Origin: an uncultured Legionellales bacterium
GTDB taxonomy: Bacteria; Pseudomonadota; Gammaproteobacteria; Comchoanobacterales; Comchoanobacteraceae
NCBI GenBank assembly: GCA_963932595.1
Contig: CAWVRI010000007.1
Span: forward strand, 362-64,361
Direction of reading: 5' to 3'
Length of the DNA: 64,000 nucleotides
Shown piece by piece: positions 9,340 through 18,452 of the stretch. A program made the position numbers and the translations under genes. The notes below the pieces were generated by a model, which was not told where the DNA came from, searched no databases, and saw only the letters and a program-made list of their open reading frames with translations. Numbering within the stretch: the stretch's first letter is position 1; the number at the start of each line of letters is the position of its first letter.

Positions 9340-10257
9340 ATGAAAACTTTAACCCCACTTATAAACTTTGGCTGCATTGAAATTACTGGCGAGGATGCTG
9401 AAACTTTTATGCAAGAACAATTTACTTGCGATATTACCAAAATATCTGCAGAAAAATTTTCACTCTCAGCTTATTGTAATGAACAAGGACGCATATTAGC
9501 TACCGGATATATTGGCCAATTTAATGGCAAATATATTTTCATAACTCCTAAAAATTTGATTGCACATACTATACAAAAATTAACACAATACAGCTTCTTT
9601 TCAAAAGTTTACGTCAATAAGCTTGAGCAATTTATGCTACTTGGGTGCCTAGGAAAAACTCCTGACACAAAGCTACCAAGTGCAAACCTAGAGGTTTCAA
9701 CAATTGCGCCAGATACTTATGCACTATGTATTGATAATACTAATCATGTATATATCTTTTTTGGCATGCAGGAAAACTTATTGCCGCATCAAGAGAAGCT
9801 ATTAAAAAATCCTAACGTTACTTTGCTATTAGACCTTAATCCCTGGGAAAAGCATCATATTGAGTCAGGAATTGCACACATCTATCCAAACACTCTAGAA
9901 AAAATAACGCCACATATGATAAACTATCATAATAAAGATGCTATATCTTTTACCAAAGGTTGTTTTTTAGGCCAAGAAATAATAGCTAGAACTCAACATA
10001 GAGGCAAATTAAAACGCAAGCTAGTTACTGCCAAAATAACAATTGAAAATAATAGCGTTATGGTTGGATCTAACATCTCAGCCAAAACTAAAACAGGTGA
10101 CTCTGCTGGCATAATTATTAGCATCAGCATGCTAAGCTCAGAAGAAGCCTTAGTGTTAGCTGTAATATCTGATCACTCTGCCAAAGAAAAACTGTTTTGT
10201 GAAAACAATTTGGTTGCCATCGTACCTAGTACCACAAAACAAACAGCCACTGTTTAA
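9340..10257 (+). CDS. ygfZ: folate-binding Fe-S/tRNA-modification protein YgfZ (GcvT-like)
   Basis: Signature 'KGCFLGQEIIARTQHRGKLKRKL' (K-G-C-[YF]-x-G-Q-E motif). Length is about 300 aa. Confidence 0.8.
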   Translation: MKTLTPLINFGCIEITGEDAETFMQEQFTCDITKISAEKFSLSAYCNEQGRILATGYIGQFNGKYIFITPKNLIAHTIQKLTQYSFFSKVYVNKLEQFMLLGCLGKTPDTKLPSANLEVSTIAPDTYALCIDNTNHVYIFFGMQENLLPHQEKLLKNPNVTLLLDLNPWEKHHIESGIAHIYPNTLEKITPHMINYHNKDAISFTKGCFLGQEIIARTQHRGKLKRKLVTAKITIENNSVMVGSNISAKTKTGDSAGIIISISMLSSEEALVLAVISDHSAKEKLFCENNLVAIVPSTTKQTATV

Positions 10258-10360
10258 GAAGTGCTGCTATTGTTTTAATAGCTATACATTATCAACATTA
10301 TAGCTCCAAGCTACTGAGATTTAGGTAAGACAAGCAAGGTAGAACATCCAACTATCATAT

Positions 10361-10590
10361 CTGGGCCCTGTGGTCAAGCCACAGGGAGTAAGGACGTATG
10401 GGCACTGTGGTCAAGCCACAACACGTAGGCGGAGCGCCCTATTGCTTTACTCTACCTACGCCCTATTGCTTGACAATAGGGTCCAGGGTTAAATATACCA
10501 AGTGTTACAGCTTATCTCTCAACTTGAAAAACATAGAGACAATCATACGGAACATAACAAGTAGATGTATGGGCACTGTGGTCAAGATAT
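10361..10590. repeat. GC-rich palindromic intergenic element cluster, copy B
   Basis: The motif 'tgggc[ac]ctgtggtcaag' occurs three times (10362, 10399, 10570). A 20-bp direct repeat 'gtatgggcactgtggtcaag' sits at 10396-10415 and 10567-10586. Perfect hairpins occur at 10366-10386 (ccctgtgg-tcaag-ccacaggg) and 10461-10481 (ccctattg-cttga-caataggg). Confidence 0.65.
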
Positions 10591-10636
10591 AGGGTAGCAG
10601 GACTACTGCGCTAGTTCAGGAAACCAGAAACAGTAG

Positions 10637-12166
10637 CTATGATTTATGTTCAGCATTAAGCGGCCTTAGCAAAGGGAACAAGATCACATCTTTGATCGAA
10701 GGACTATCAGTTAACAACATGATTAGGCGGTCTATGCCAATGCCAGCACCTGCTGTTGGTGGTAAACCATGCTCCAAAGCCTCTACATAGTTTTCATCGT
10801 ATAACATGGCCTCAGCATCACCAGAGCTGTGTGCTTTTGCCTGATCTTCAAAGCGAGAGGCTTGATCTTCAGGATCATTAAGCTCAGAAAATATATTTGC
10901 AATCTCATAACCACCTATAAATAACTCGCACCTATCAACTATACTCTTATCTTTATCATTTGCCCGAGATAATGGTGAAGACTCTATCGGATAATCAGTA
11001 ATGAATGTAGGAGTTATTAATTTCTTCTCTACAGTTTTTTCAAATATTTCTAATTTTAAGCTCCCAAGCGTAATATCTGAATCAAAAGCAATATCCATTC
11101 TAGTTGCGAAGTCTTTGGCAAACTCGATAGCCTCCAACTCCACCGGCTGCATATCTGGATTATAGATTAAAATAGATTCGGTAACTGACAACCTTGTAAA
11201 CGGCTTTGAAAAATCGATAGTATCACCATTGAAAGTTATTTTTTCTTTCTGCATAACCTGAAGCGCTAAAAGCCTTAATAAAGTTTCAACTAAATCCATG
11301 AAATCGTTGTAATCTGCATATGCCTGATAAAACTCGATCATAGTAAACTCTGGGTTATGACGCGTAGACAAACCTTCGTTTCTGAAATTTCTGTTAATCT
11401 CAAACACTCGATCAAAACCACCAACAACAAGGCGCTTTAAAAACAACTCTGGCGCAACTCGCATATATAAAGGTATACCTAAAGCATTATGAAAGGTAGT
11501 AAAAGGCCGAGCAGCAGCTCCACCTGGAATATTATGCATCATCGGAGTTTCTACCTCTAAAAAACGCCTTTCTTCAAAAAAACTACGTATGGTGGCCACA
11601 GCCTTACTTCTAGCTGTAAACACAGCCCTAGTAGCTTCACTAGTTAATAAATCTAAGTACCTATTTCTATACTTGAGCTCTTTTTCTGCAAGACCATGAT
11701 GCTTATCTGGCAATGGCCTTAATGATTTAGTCAATAACTTAATACTATCTGCTTTTAATGTTATTTCACCAACTTTAGTCCGAAATATTGTACCACTAAC
11801 AAATATAATATCCCCTAAATCCCAATGCTTAAAATCATCATAGACACCCTCATCTAGCTGATCATTACGAACATACACCTGTATTTTTCCAGTAAAATCT
11901 TGAATATGAATAAAGCTCGCTTTACCCATTACTCTCCTATTCATGACCCTGCCACATAGCTTAAAGCTTGCGCTCTCACTCTCTAATTCTTCTTTCGAAG
12001 TATCTTGAAATTTCTCTAATATATCACCAGCAAAGCTGTCTGGCTTATAATTATTCGGATAAACATTACCACCTGTTCGCATCTGAGCAAGCTTATGTTT
12101 ACGCATTGCTACTTGGTCATGATAATCAACCACTACTTCTTGATTATTCTTGTTTTCTTCAGACAT
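10637..12166 (-). CDS. lysS: lysyl-tRNA synthetase (class II)
   Basis: Motifs FRNEG, GGAAARPF and GLPPTAGAGIGIDRL. 509 aa. Confidence 0.95.
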   Translation of the reverse strand: MSEENKNNQEVVVDYHDQVAMRKHKLAQMRTGGNVYPNNYKPDSFAGDILEKFQDTSKEELESESASFKLCGRVMNRRVMGKASFIHIQDFTGKIQVYVRNDQLDEGVYDDFKHWDLGDIIFVSGTIFRTKVGEITLKADSIKLLTKSLRPLPDKHHGLAEKELKYRNRYLDLLTSEATRAVFTARSKAVATIRSFFEERRFLEVETPMMHNIPGGAAARPFTTFHNALGIPLYMRVAPELFLKRLVVGGFDRVFEINRNFRNEGLSTRHNPEFTMIEFYQAYADYNDFMDLVETLLRLLALQVMQKEKITFNGDTIDFSKPFTRLSVTESILIYNPDMQPVELEAIEFAKDFATRMDIAFDSDITLGSLKLEIFEKTVEKKLITPTFITDYPIESSPLSRANDKDKSIVDRCELFIGGYEIANIFSELNDPEDQASRFEDQAKAHSSGDAEAMLYDENYVEALEHGLPPTAGAGIGIDRLIMLLTDSPSIKDVILFPLLRPLNAEHKS

Positions 12167-13277
12167 TTAATTCTCTCCTTTGTTCATATTACTTTGTAGC
12201 CAGGCCTCAATAAACACATCAATACCGCCATCTAAAACAGATTGTGTGCTTGAAACTTCGACACCAGTACGTAAATCTTTGATTCTGGAATCATCCAGAA
12301 CATAAGACCTTATTTGATTACCCCAACTAATATCAGATTTGCCCGCTTCTAATTTTTGCCTATCAGCATTGCGCTTATTTAACTCTAGCTGATGTAACTT
12401 TGCCCTGAGCTGCTTCATTGCCTGAGCTTTATTTTTATGCTGCGACCTATCAGATTGACACTGCACCACAGTATCACTCGGAACATGAGTAATGCGTATA
12501 GCAGAATCAGTAGTATTAACATGCTGGCCACCCGCACCACTAGCTCTATAAGTATCTATACGCAAATCAGCTGGATTAATGTCAATCTCCACATCATCGT
12601 CGATTTCTGGCGTTACAAATACCGAAGCAAATGAAGTATGACGCCTACTTCCACTATCAAAAGGTGATTTTCGCACCAGCCTATGCACACCAGTTTCAGA
12701 TCTAGCCCAACCATAAGCATAGTCACCAACAAGATGCAAAGTGCAACTTTTTATGCCAGCAACCTCTCCCGGAAATTCATCAATAATAGCAGCACTAAAC
12801 CCTCTGTTATCAGCCCATTTTATATACATGCGCTGCAGCATTTGCGCCCAATCTTGCGCCTCTGTGCCACCAGAACCGGACTGAACCTCAATATAAGCAT
12901 TATTTGAATCACTGGCGTTATGGAACATACGATGAAACTCTAAAGCCTCTACTTTCTTTAAAATTTTCTTAAAATCTTGTTCTAGCTCTGCAGTCATCTC
13001 AATGTCACTATCTGCAAGAGCCATAGGGTACAATTCTATTATCGTAGATAAAGTATTATCTATACTCTCTATTTTTTCAACTATAGTGACAATAGCTGCT
13101 TTTTCACGTGATAGCTGTTGTGATAGCACCTGGTCAGACCAAACTGCTGGAGACTCTAAATCTAAGTTTATTTCATGTAGGCGACTTTTTTTGTTATCAA
13201 AGTCAAAGATAGTCTCGTAACTTTGCAAAACGTGAGTGGCAAGATCTAGCATCTTGCATAAAATTTATATCTGACAT
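12167..13277 (-). CDS. prfB: peptide chain release factor 2, requiring a programmed +1 frameshift at 13208-13202 (CTT TGA C)
   Basis: Contains SPF and GGQ motifs. The track ORF (12167-13252) lacks the N-terminus. An upstream frame starting at ATG 13277 encodes MSDINFMQDARSCHSRFAKLRDYL and stops at CTT-TGA-C. A +1 shift joins it to DFDNKKSRL..., colinear with the E. coli RF2 frameshift site. Confidence 0.9.
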
Positions 13278-13292
13278 GGGATTCCACAATAA

Positions 13293-13368
13293 TGGTGGGC
13301 CGTGTGCGATTCGAACGCACGACCAGCGGGTTAAAAGCCCGATGCTCTACCAGCTGAGCTAACGGCCC
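13293..13368 (-). tRNA. tRNA-Lys (anticodon UUU), CCA encoded
   Basis: The reverse complement reads gggccgttagctcagctggtagagcatcgggcttttaacccgctggtcgtgcgttcgaatcgcacacggcccacca. This is 76 nt with a cloverleaf, anticodon loop cuUUUaa and a GTTCGAATC T-loop. Confidence 0.92.
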
Positions 13369-13437
13369 TAGACATAAAGAATATTATTTTAATACCTTAT
13401 AAACTATAGATCAAGATATTTTTCACAATAATATATA

Positions 13438-14181
13438 TTAAATATTACGTAATTGGATTTTTGCCATTCTATAAGCCGTAGTATTAGGATAAGAAACCTC
13501 TAATTTCGCGACCAAATCTTTTGCCTTATCAATTTCATTAGTATTAACATATACCATCGCTAGCTTGAAAATCGCATCGGGAGCCTTACCATGATCTGCA
13601 TGGTTCTCTATAATACCTCTAAAACTCAATTCAGCATCTTTATATTGGCCCTTTAACAAATAAATTTCACCTAACCAGTAATTTGCATTTGTACTATATT
13701 TACCATCTGGAAAATTCACTAGAAAATTATTAAAAGCCTTTGTAGCACCCTCATAATCACGCTCTTTTAAAATAGCAAAAGCATTATTATAATTTTCAAT
13801 TTCACTACTAACACTTAAATCTTTAACAGCAGAATCAGCTACCACATTACTAACAATGCTCTTTTTATCACTACTTCGTTCCGATGATGGAGCTGAAATA
13901 AGGCCCGACTTAGCAAAATTATGCTCTTGCATTTCAAGCGTACCACGCAATGATTGAATCTCAGCTTGTAGCTCTTTCACCTTGCTTAAAATATTTTGCT
14001 GCTGCAACACCTGAACTTGCTGCTTAATAGCCGCAATTTCATCTGAAAGATTAGAAGAATCTGTGCTTATATCAACAATAGGAGCATTATTCAACTCCAA
14101 GGAAGGCTCTAACCCTTCAGCAAAACTAGGCCCCGCACCAAACATTAATATTACAGCTAATAACCTAAAATTATTATGCAT
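13438..14181 (-). CDS. cpoB: Tol-Pal associated cell-division coordinator CpoB/YbgF
   Basis: Signal peptide, coiled coil (QQQNILSKVKELQAEIQSLRG) and C-terminal TPR (YWLGEIYLLKGQYKDAELSF...HGKAPDAIFKLA). It follows pal. Confidence 0.8.
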   Translation of the reverse strand: MHNNFRLLAVILMFGAGPSFAEGLEPSLELNNAPIVDISTDSSNLSDEIAAIKQQVQVLQQQNILSKVKELQAEIQSLRGTLEMQEHNFAKSGLISAPSSERSSDKKSIVSNVVADSAVKDLSVSSEIENYNNAFAILKERDYEGATKAFNNFLVNFPDGKYSTNANYWLGEIYLLKGQYKDAELSFRGIIENHADHGKAPDAIFKLAMVYVNTNEIDKAKDLVAKLEVSYPNTTAYRMAKIQLRNI

Positions 14182-14183
14182 AC

Positions 14184-14684
14184 TTACACTCCCTCATAAA
14201 AAACTTCTACTACACCATTTTGTAGTGTTGTAACACCACTATAATCTGCGTTAAGCTTATTACCACCTAAACTTATTATAGCTATTCTTTCATATTCTAT
14301 GCCATTTTGCTCAAAGTAACTAGCAATATCGCTCAGCTTAGCCCAAACTATAGCACTGCGATATGAAGAACTACCCTCAATATTTGCATGCCCTAGCAAT
14401 TTCACACGGGCATTTTCATGCGCGCTCAAATAACTCGCAATTGCCTTTATTTTAGTGAAATCTTCTAAACTAACTATATCATCTGCAAAACTTAAACTAA
14501 AAGTAAAATCTGCTTTAGTTACGATATTTTTTTGCCATAAATCTGGCTGATCAGTATTAATATAATCATACTCATTGTAAGGAAATATTTTTATATTCTC
14601 ATTTTGAACTACAGCCACATTATTTTGACATGCACACAACATAAATAATAACCCAATACATATTATATGTTTTATAACTCTCAT
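14184..14684 (-). CDS. pal: peptidoglycan-associated lipoprotein-like (OmpA-C-like domain, divergent)
   Basis: Lipobox-like 'LFMLCACQ', an OmpA-like C-terminal region (LLGHANIEGSSSY...) and a position between tolB and cpoB. Confidence 0.6.
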   Translation of the reverse strand: MRVIKHIICIGLLFMLCACQNNVAVVQNENIKIFPYNEYDYINTDQPDLWQKNIVTKADFTFSLSFADDIVSLEDFTKIKAIASYLSAHENARVKLLGHANIEGSSSYRSAIVWAKLSDIASYFEQNGIEYERIAIISLGGNKLNADYSGVTTLQNGVVEVFYEGV

Positions 14685-16040
14685 TTAAGCCTCGCTTATC
14701 GAGTAGTTAACTAAAAAATCTTTTTTCTTAGCTATGAAAGGCGACCAGGCAGGATCGCTGATATTACCTGATAAAGCAGGCAGCCTCCATTTTATCTTGC
14801 CATTTAACGAAACAAAACCTAAAATACTGCGCGATGCATACTGGCTACCATAAGACACAACATTACCATTGGGAGCAAGGGAAGGCGCGCGTTCATAACC
14901 ATCACTGGCAATAGTTTGAGCTTTATTATTAACCAGATTTAAAGCATTCAAAGAAAATAAACCACCCTCTCTGTGTAGATATACCAAATATTTACCGTCA
15001 GCAGTAATAGCAGCTGATGAATTATAATCACCAGTAAAAGATATTCTATCTATAGACTCTAACTCTAGGTCATATTTATAAATATTAGGATGCCCTGCCC
15101 TATTTGAAGTAAAATAAATAAAATCTCCAGAGGGAGAAAAAACTGGCTCTATATCTATATCATAAACTGTAGATTTAATTGGACTCAGAATTTTAGTTGT
15201 TAAATCTAGCGTATAAATTTTAGGCGCACCCGAACTAGACAGCACAAGCGCCATAGACTCATCATCAGGGCCAAAGCTAAGCGAGCTACTAACACCATCT
15301 AAAACTGTAACATTTTCGCGCTTACCAGTTAATATTTCTTGAGTGTATACTGCAGGCATATCATTCTCAAAAGACACATAAGCTATTTTTTTGCCACTAT
15401 GTGACCAAGCCGGCAAAATAATTGGCATATTTGAGCTTGCGATAGTTTGTGACCTGCCACCATCAAAATCAGCCACCTCTAAATTATAAATATCACTCAT
15501 GCCAGCTTTATGCTTGGTAAGGACATAAGCAATTCTAGTCGAAAACAAACCTTTTAAACCAGTAACTTTACTATAAATATCATCATCTAAAACATGTGTA
15601 AATGTGACTAGATCATTAACTTTAAAATTATATGTGGTTGTATCTACCAAAGAAGAATTAGTATTTTTGCTTAAATCATAAAACTGCAACTCTACATTAT
15701 AATAACGCGCAATAAGAGAGCCTGCTACATCAGCACGTACTAAGTATTTTGCACCCAAACTTTTAGCTTTGGATAGCTCGCTAGTGGCAGCAGTAATTTT
15801 ACCCAAATCAATTATTTTAATTTCACCACTTAAAGCTAAATCAGCCATAACCTGTGTTTTTATTTTCTTATTAATCTGGCTTCCAGGCAATTCAAACCCA
15901 ACAATCGCAACCGTAATTTTATTTGTTAGCCCCTGAGTTAATTCTAACTTTAAAGCAGCATTAGCCATAGCAACAAAGATCGATAACCCCAAAAAAATTA
16001 ATTTTATATACTTGTTTTTAACCATAATACAATTCGGCAT
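14685..16040 (-). CDS. tolB: Tol-Pal system beta-propeller protein TolB
   Basis: Signal peptide and repeated propeller blades (PAWSHSGKKIAY, PVFSPSGDFIYF, PSLAPNGNVVSY, PAWSP). Confidence 0.85.
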   Translation of the reverse strand: MPNCIMVKNKYIKLIFLGLSIFVAMANAALKLELTQGLTNKITVAIVGFELPGSQINKKIKTQVMADLALSGEIKIIDLGKITAATSELSKAKSLGAKYLVRADVAGSLIARYYNVELQFYDLSKNTNSSLVDTTTYNFKVNDLVTFTHVLDDDIYSKVTGLKGLFSTRIAYVLTKHKAGMSDIYNLEVADFDGGRSQTIASSNMPIILPAWSHSGKKIAYVSFENDMPAVYTQEILTGKRENVTVLDGVSSSLSFGPDDESMALVLSSSGAPKIYTLDLTTKILSPIKSTVYDIDIEPVFSPSGDFIYFTSNRAGHPNIYKYDLELESIDRISFTGDYNSSAAITADGKYLVYLHREGGLFSLNALNLVNNKAQTIASDGYERAPSLAPNGNVVSYGSQYASRSILGFVSLNGKIKWRLPALSGNISDPAWSPFIAKKKDFLVNYSISEA

Positions 16041-16291
16041 TAAGCCACAACCCTGCCCGCAACAAAATTTCTTATTATTGGCAGCGATATTTTTTGGGAT
16101 GACTCAAATTTATAATCAAGCTTAGCATGATATTTTTTTAAAGATTCATTGAAACACTGCTTACTATAAGCACCATTAAAATCATGCGTAGAACTTATTT
16201 TATTACAACCTAGCAAAGATCCAGTTGCATATGCTGTAGGTAAAATAATTAAGCCACATAGTAATAATAACTTTTTAGATGTATATTTCAT
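16040..16291 (-). CDS. small secreted/membrane-anchored hypothetical protein, translationally coupled to tolB
   Basis: 83 aa with an N-terminal hydrophobic signal/anchor and two Cys after it. Its stop overlaps the tolB start by 1 nt. No recognisable family. Confidence 0.4.
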   Translation of the reverse strand: MKYTSKKLLLLCGLIILPTAYATGSLLGCNKISSTHDFNGAYSKQCFNESLKKYHAKLDYKFESSQKISLPIIRNFVAGRVVA

Positions 16292-16459
16292 CTGCTGCCT
16301 CTTTAATAACTACTTTTTACGATAACATATAGCATTATAACAAAAAAAATAGCGTGATAAAATACTATTAAAGATAAAAATAACAAAACAAGACCATCAA
16401 AGAAAAATCAGCCCTCTAAATTAACCCTGGGCAGCGATAGCTAGCTATTCAAAATAACC

Positions 16460-17329
16460 TCATAGCCTATCTTTGAATTTTAAGCTTGCAAGCATCGAAC
16501 CTACAAATAACAACAAACAAGAAGTAGCTACAGGCCAAGAAAACATCCCAAAACCTGCCAAGGTAAGAAATATAACTGATAAAACCGGGGTGAAATATGA
16601 AATAACACATATTTTCCAAGTTTTTAAATTTTTTATAGCATAATCCCACAGTTGATAAGCAAGCCAGTGTGAACTAGCACCTAGCAGCAAGAGCATTAGC
16701 AACTGAAATTGTGATGGCACTACAGTTTTTTCAAACAATACATGTCCAAAGAAACTCAGGGCAGCCCCAACACCAGCATATATGCCCACTATTTGACTAG
16801 GAACAGTATCATGTTTTTTTGAAACTAGAATATAAACAGAGCATGAAACTGCTGCCATTAATGCACAGATATAACCATACACATGGCTTAGCACAATCCC
16901 ACTCGAGCTTTGAAACTGATCAAAGTGCAGCACAAACAATGACAGCACACATAAAGCAAGACCAAATATATGTCTATATGTTAGCTTATCTTTAAAAAAC
17001 ACTGCGCCACCAACGGCCACGAATAATGGCCAAATGTAATTTATTATTTCTGCATGTACTGGAGGCGCAAAATGAAATGCATTAATATAAAAAACATTCA
17101 TACCGAATAAGCATAATGAACCTGATAGCCACATCGCGGCAGAAGCCTTAATAAGATGCCATCTTTTCTGTATAGTTAACTGGGCCGAAGTAAGAAAAAA
17201 ACCTATGGTAGTTGAGAAACATAAAACCTCAAGCGGAGGAAGATTACTAAGTACAGTTACTAACACCGTAATACAAGCCCAAATAAAAGTAACCATAATA
17301 CCAGCTATTGTCGGATTTTTCATATTCAT
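16460..17329 (-). CDS. DMT-superfamily (EamA-like) transporter
   Basis: 289 aa with about 10 hydrophobic helices and a two-halves EamA-like organisation. Confidence 0.65.
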   Translation of the reverse strand: MNMKNPTIAGIMVTFIWACITVLVTVLSNLPPLEVLCFSTTIGFFLTSAQLTIQKRWHLIKASAAMWLSGSLCLFGMNVFYINAFHFAPPVHAEIINYIWPLFVAVGGAVFFKDKLTYRHIFGLALCVLSLFVLHFDQFQSSSGIVLSHVYGYICALMAAVSCSVYILVSKKHDTVPSQIVGIYAGVGAALSFFGHVLFEKTVVPSQFQLLMLLLLGASSHWLAYQLWDYAIKNLKTWKICVISYFTPVLSVIFLTLAGFGMFSWPVATSCLLLFVGSMLASLKFKDRL

Positions 17330-17445
17330 AATTCTGCACAGACCAGGATAGATTTAAGAAAACTCCTAAGAGAGCTAAGACTTGCTGCTAGAGTACGATA
17401 CTTAGATAAAAAAACCAAGGGTATTTTATACTTTTCAACACTAAA

Positions 17446-18228
17446 TTAATAATTAGCATATTCAACAATTAATGGCGCATGATCAGAAAAACGCTGCTCT
17501 TTATATATTCTCACAGCTTTTATTTTAGCTGCCAAATTCTTAGTGACTATTTGGTAATCTAAACGCCAACCAACATTGTTATCCCAAGCACGCCCACGAT
17601 TTGACCACCAAGTATACTCATGAGAATTAGCATTTAAATGCCGAAAAGCATCTACAAGATTTAACTTACCAAACACCTCATCCAGCCACTGACGCTCGCA
17701 GGGTAAACAACCAGAGTTTTTTTGATTAGCCTTCCAATTCTTTATATCAATTTCTTTGTGCACAATATTAAAGTCACCACATAAAATATAATCATGCTCT
17801 CCTGTTGCAATATTGACTAAGAACTCATCATGATAATATCGCATAAAATCATATTTTAATTCCTGCCTTTCATTACCACTAGAGCCGGATGGTAAATAAA
17901 GAGAAGCTATGCGTAGATTCCCAAAAGAGGCCTCCACATATCGCCCTTCATTATCAGCCCAATCTAAGCCCATTTTAGTGACAACCTGATCAGGCTTCAG
18001 CTTAGAATATATACCCACTCCGCTATAGCCTTTTTTCACTGCATCAGCAAACACACTATTATATGCAACTGGATAATAGGCGTCACCAAGTAAAAATCCC
18101 ATCTGTGCTTTAGTTTCTTGAACGCAAATAAAATCTGGATCTTCTGCAGCTATCCAAGTAAAAAAACCTTTGCGCTCTGCAGCTCTAATGCCATTCAAAT
18201 TACAAGTAATTACTTTCATTTTAATCAT
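17446..18228 (-). CDS. xthA: exodeoxyribonuclease III
   Basis: 'MKVITCNLNGIRAA', 'CVQETK', 'GDFNIVH' and 'SDHAPL' are ExoIII/AP-endonuclease motifs. The start may be the internal MKV at 18219. Confidence 0.9.
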   Translation of the reverse strand: MIKMKVITCNLNGIRAAERKGFFTWIAAEDPDFICVQETKAQMGFLLGDAYYPVAYNSVFADAVKKGYSGVGIYSKLKPDQVVTKMGLDWADNEGRYVEASFGNLRIASLYLPSGSSGNERQELKYDFMRYYHDEFLVNIATGEHDYILCGDFNIVHKEIDIKNWKANQKNSGCLPCERQWLDEVFGKLNLVDAFRHLNANSHEYTWWSNRGRAWDNNVGWRLDYQIVTKNLAAKIKAVRIYKEQRFSDHAPLIVEYANY

Positions 18229-18452
18229 ATCCTAAAACCGAGGCGTTAATATGGCTAGATTATATAATCGAGCCAACTCCTTAAACTCTACTCTTTAGCG
18301 GAATTATATACTCAAATTTAATCAAAGAAAAATCAACTAATATATTAGTTGTATATAGTGATTATAATCTCAACAAACATCATAATTATAATCCATTTTG
18401 CATTTGATTGCTTCATCGCACTTCACACCATTATGAGCATTACAATATGCTC

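Noticed and set aside
10398-10592. 64-aa ORF (MGTVVKPQHVGG...MGTVVKI) in the ygfZ/lysS spacer
   Set aside because: It begins and ends inside the two copies of the 20-bp direct repeat and runs through the palindromic GC-rich element. It has no RBS and a repeat-driven composition. It is better explained as a by-product of the repeat than as a gene.
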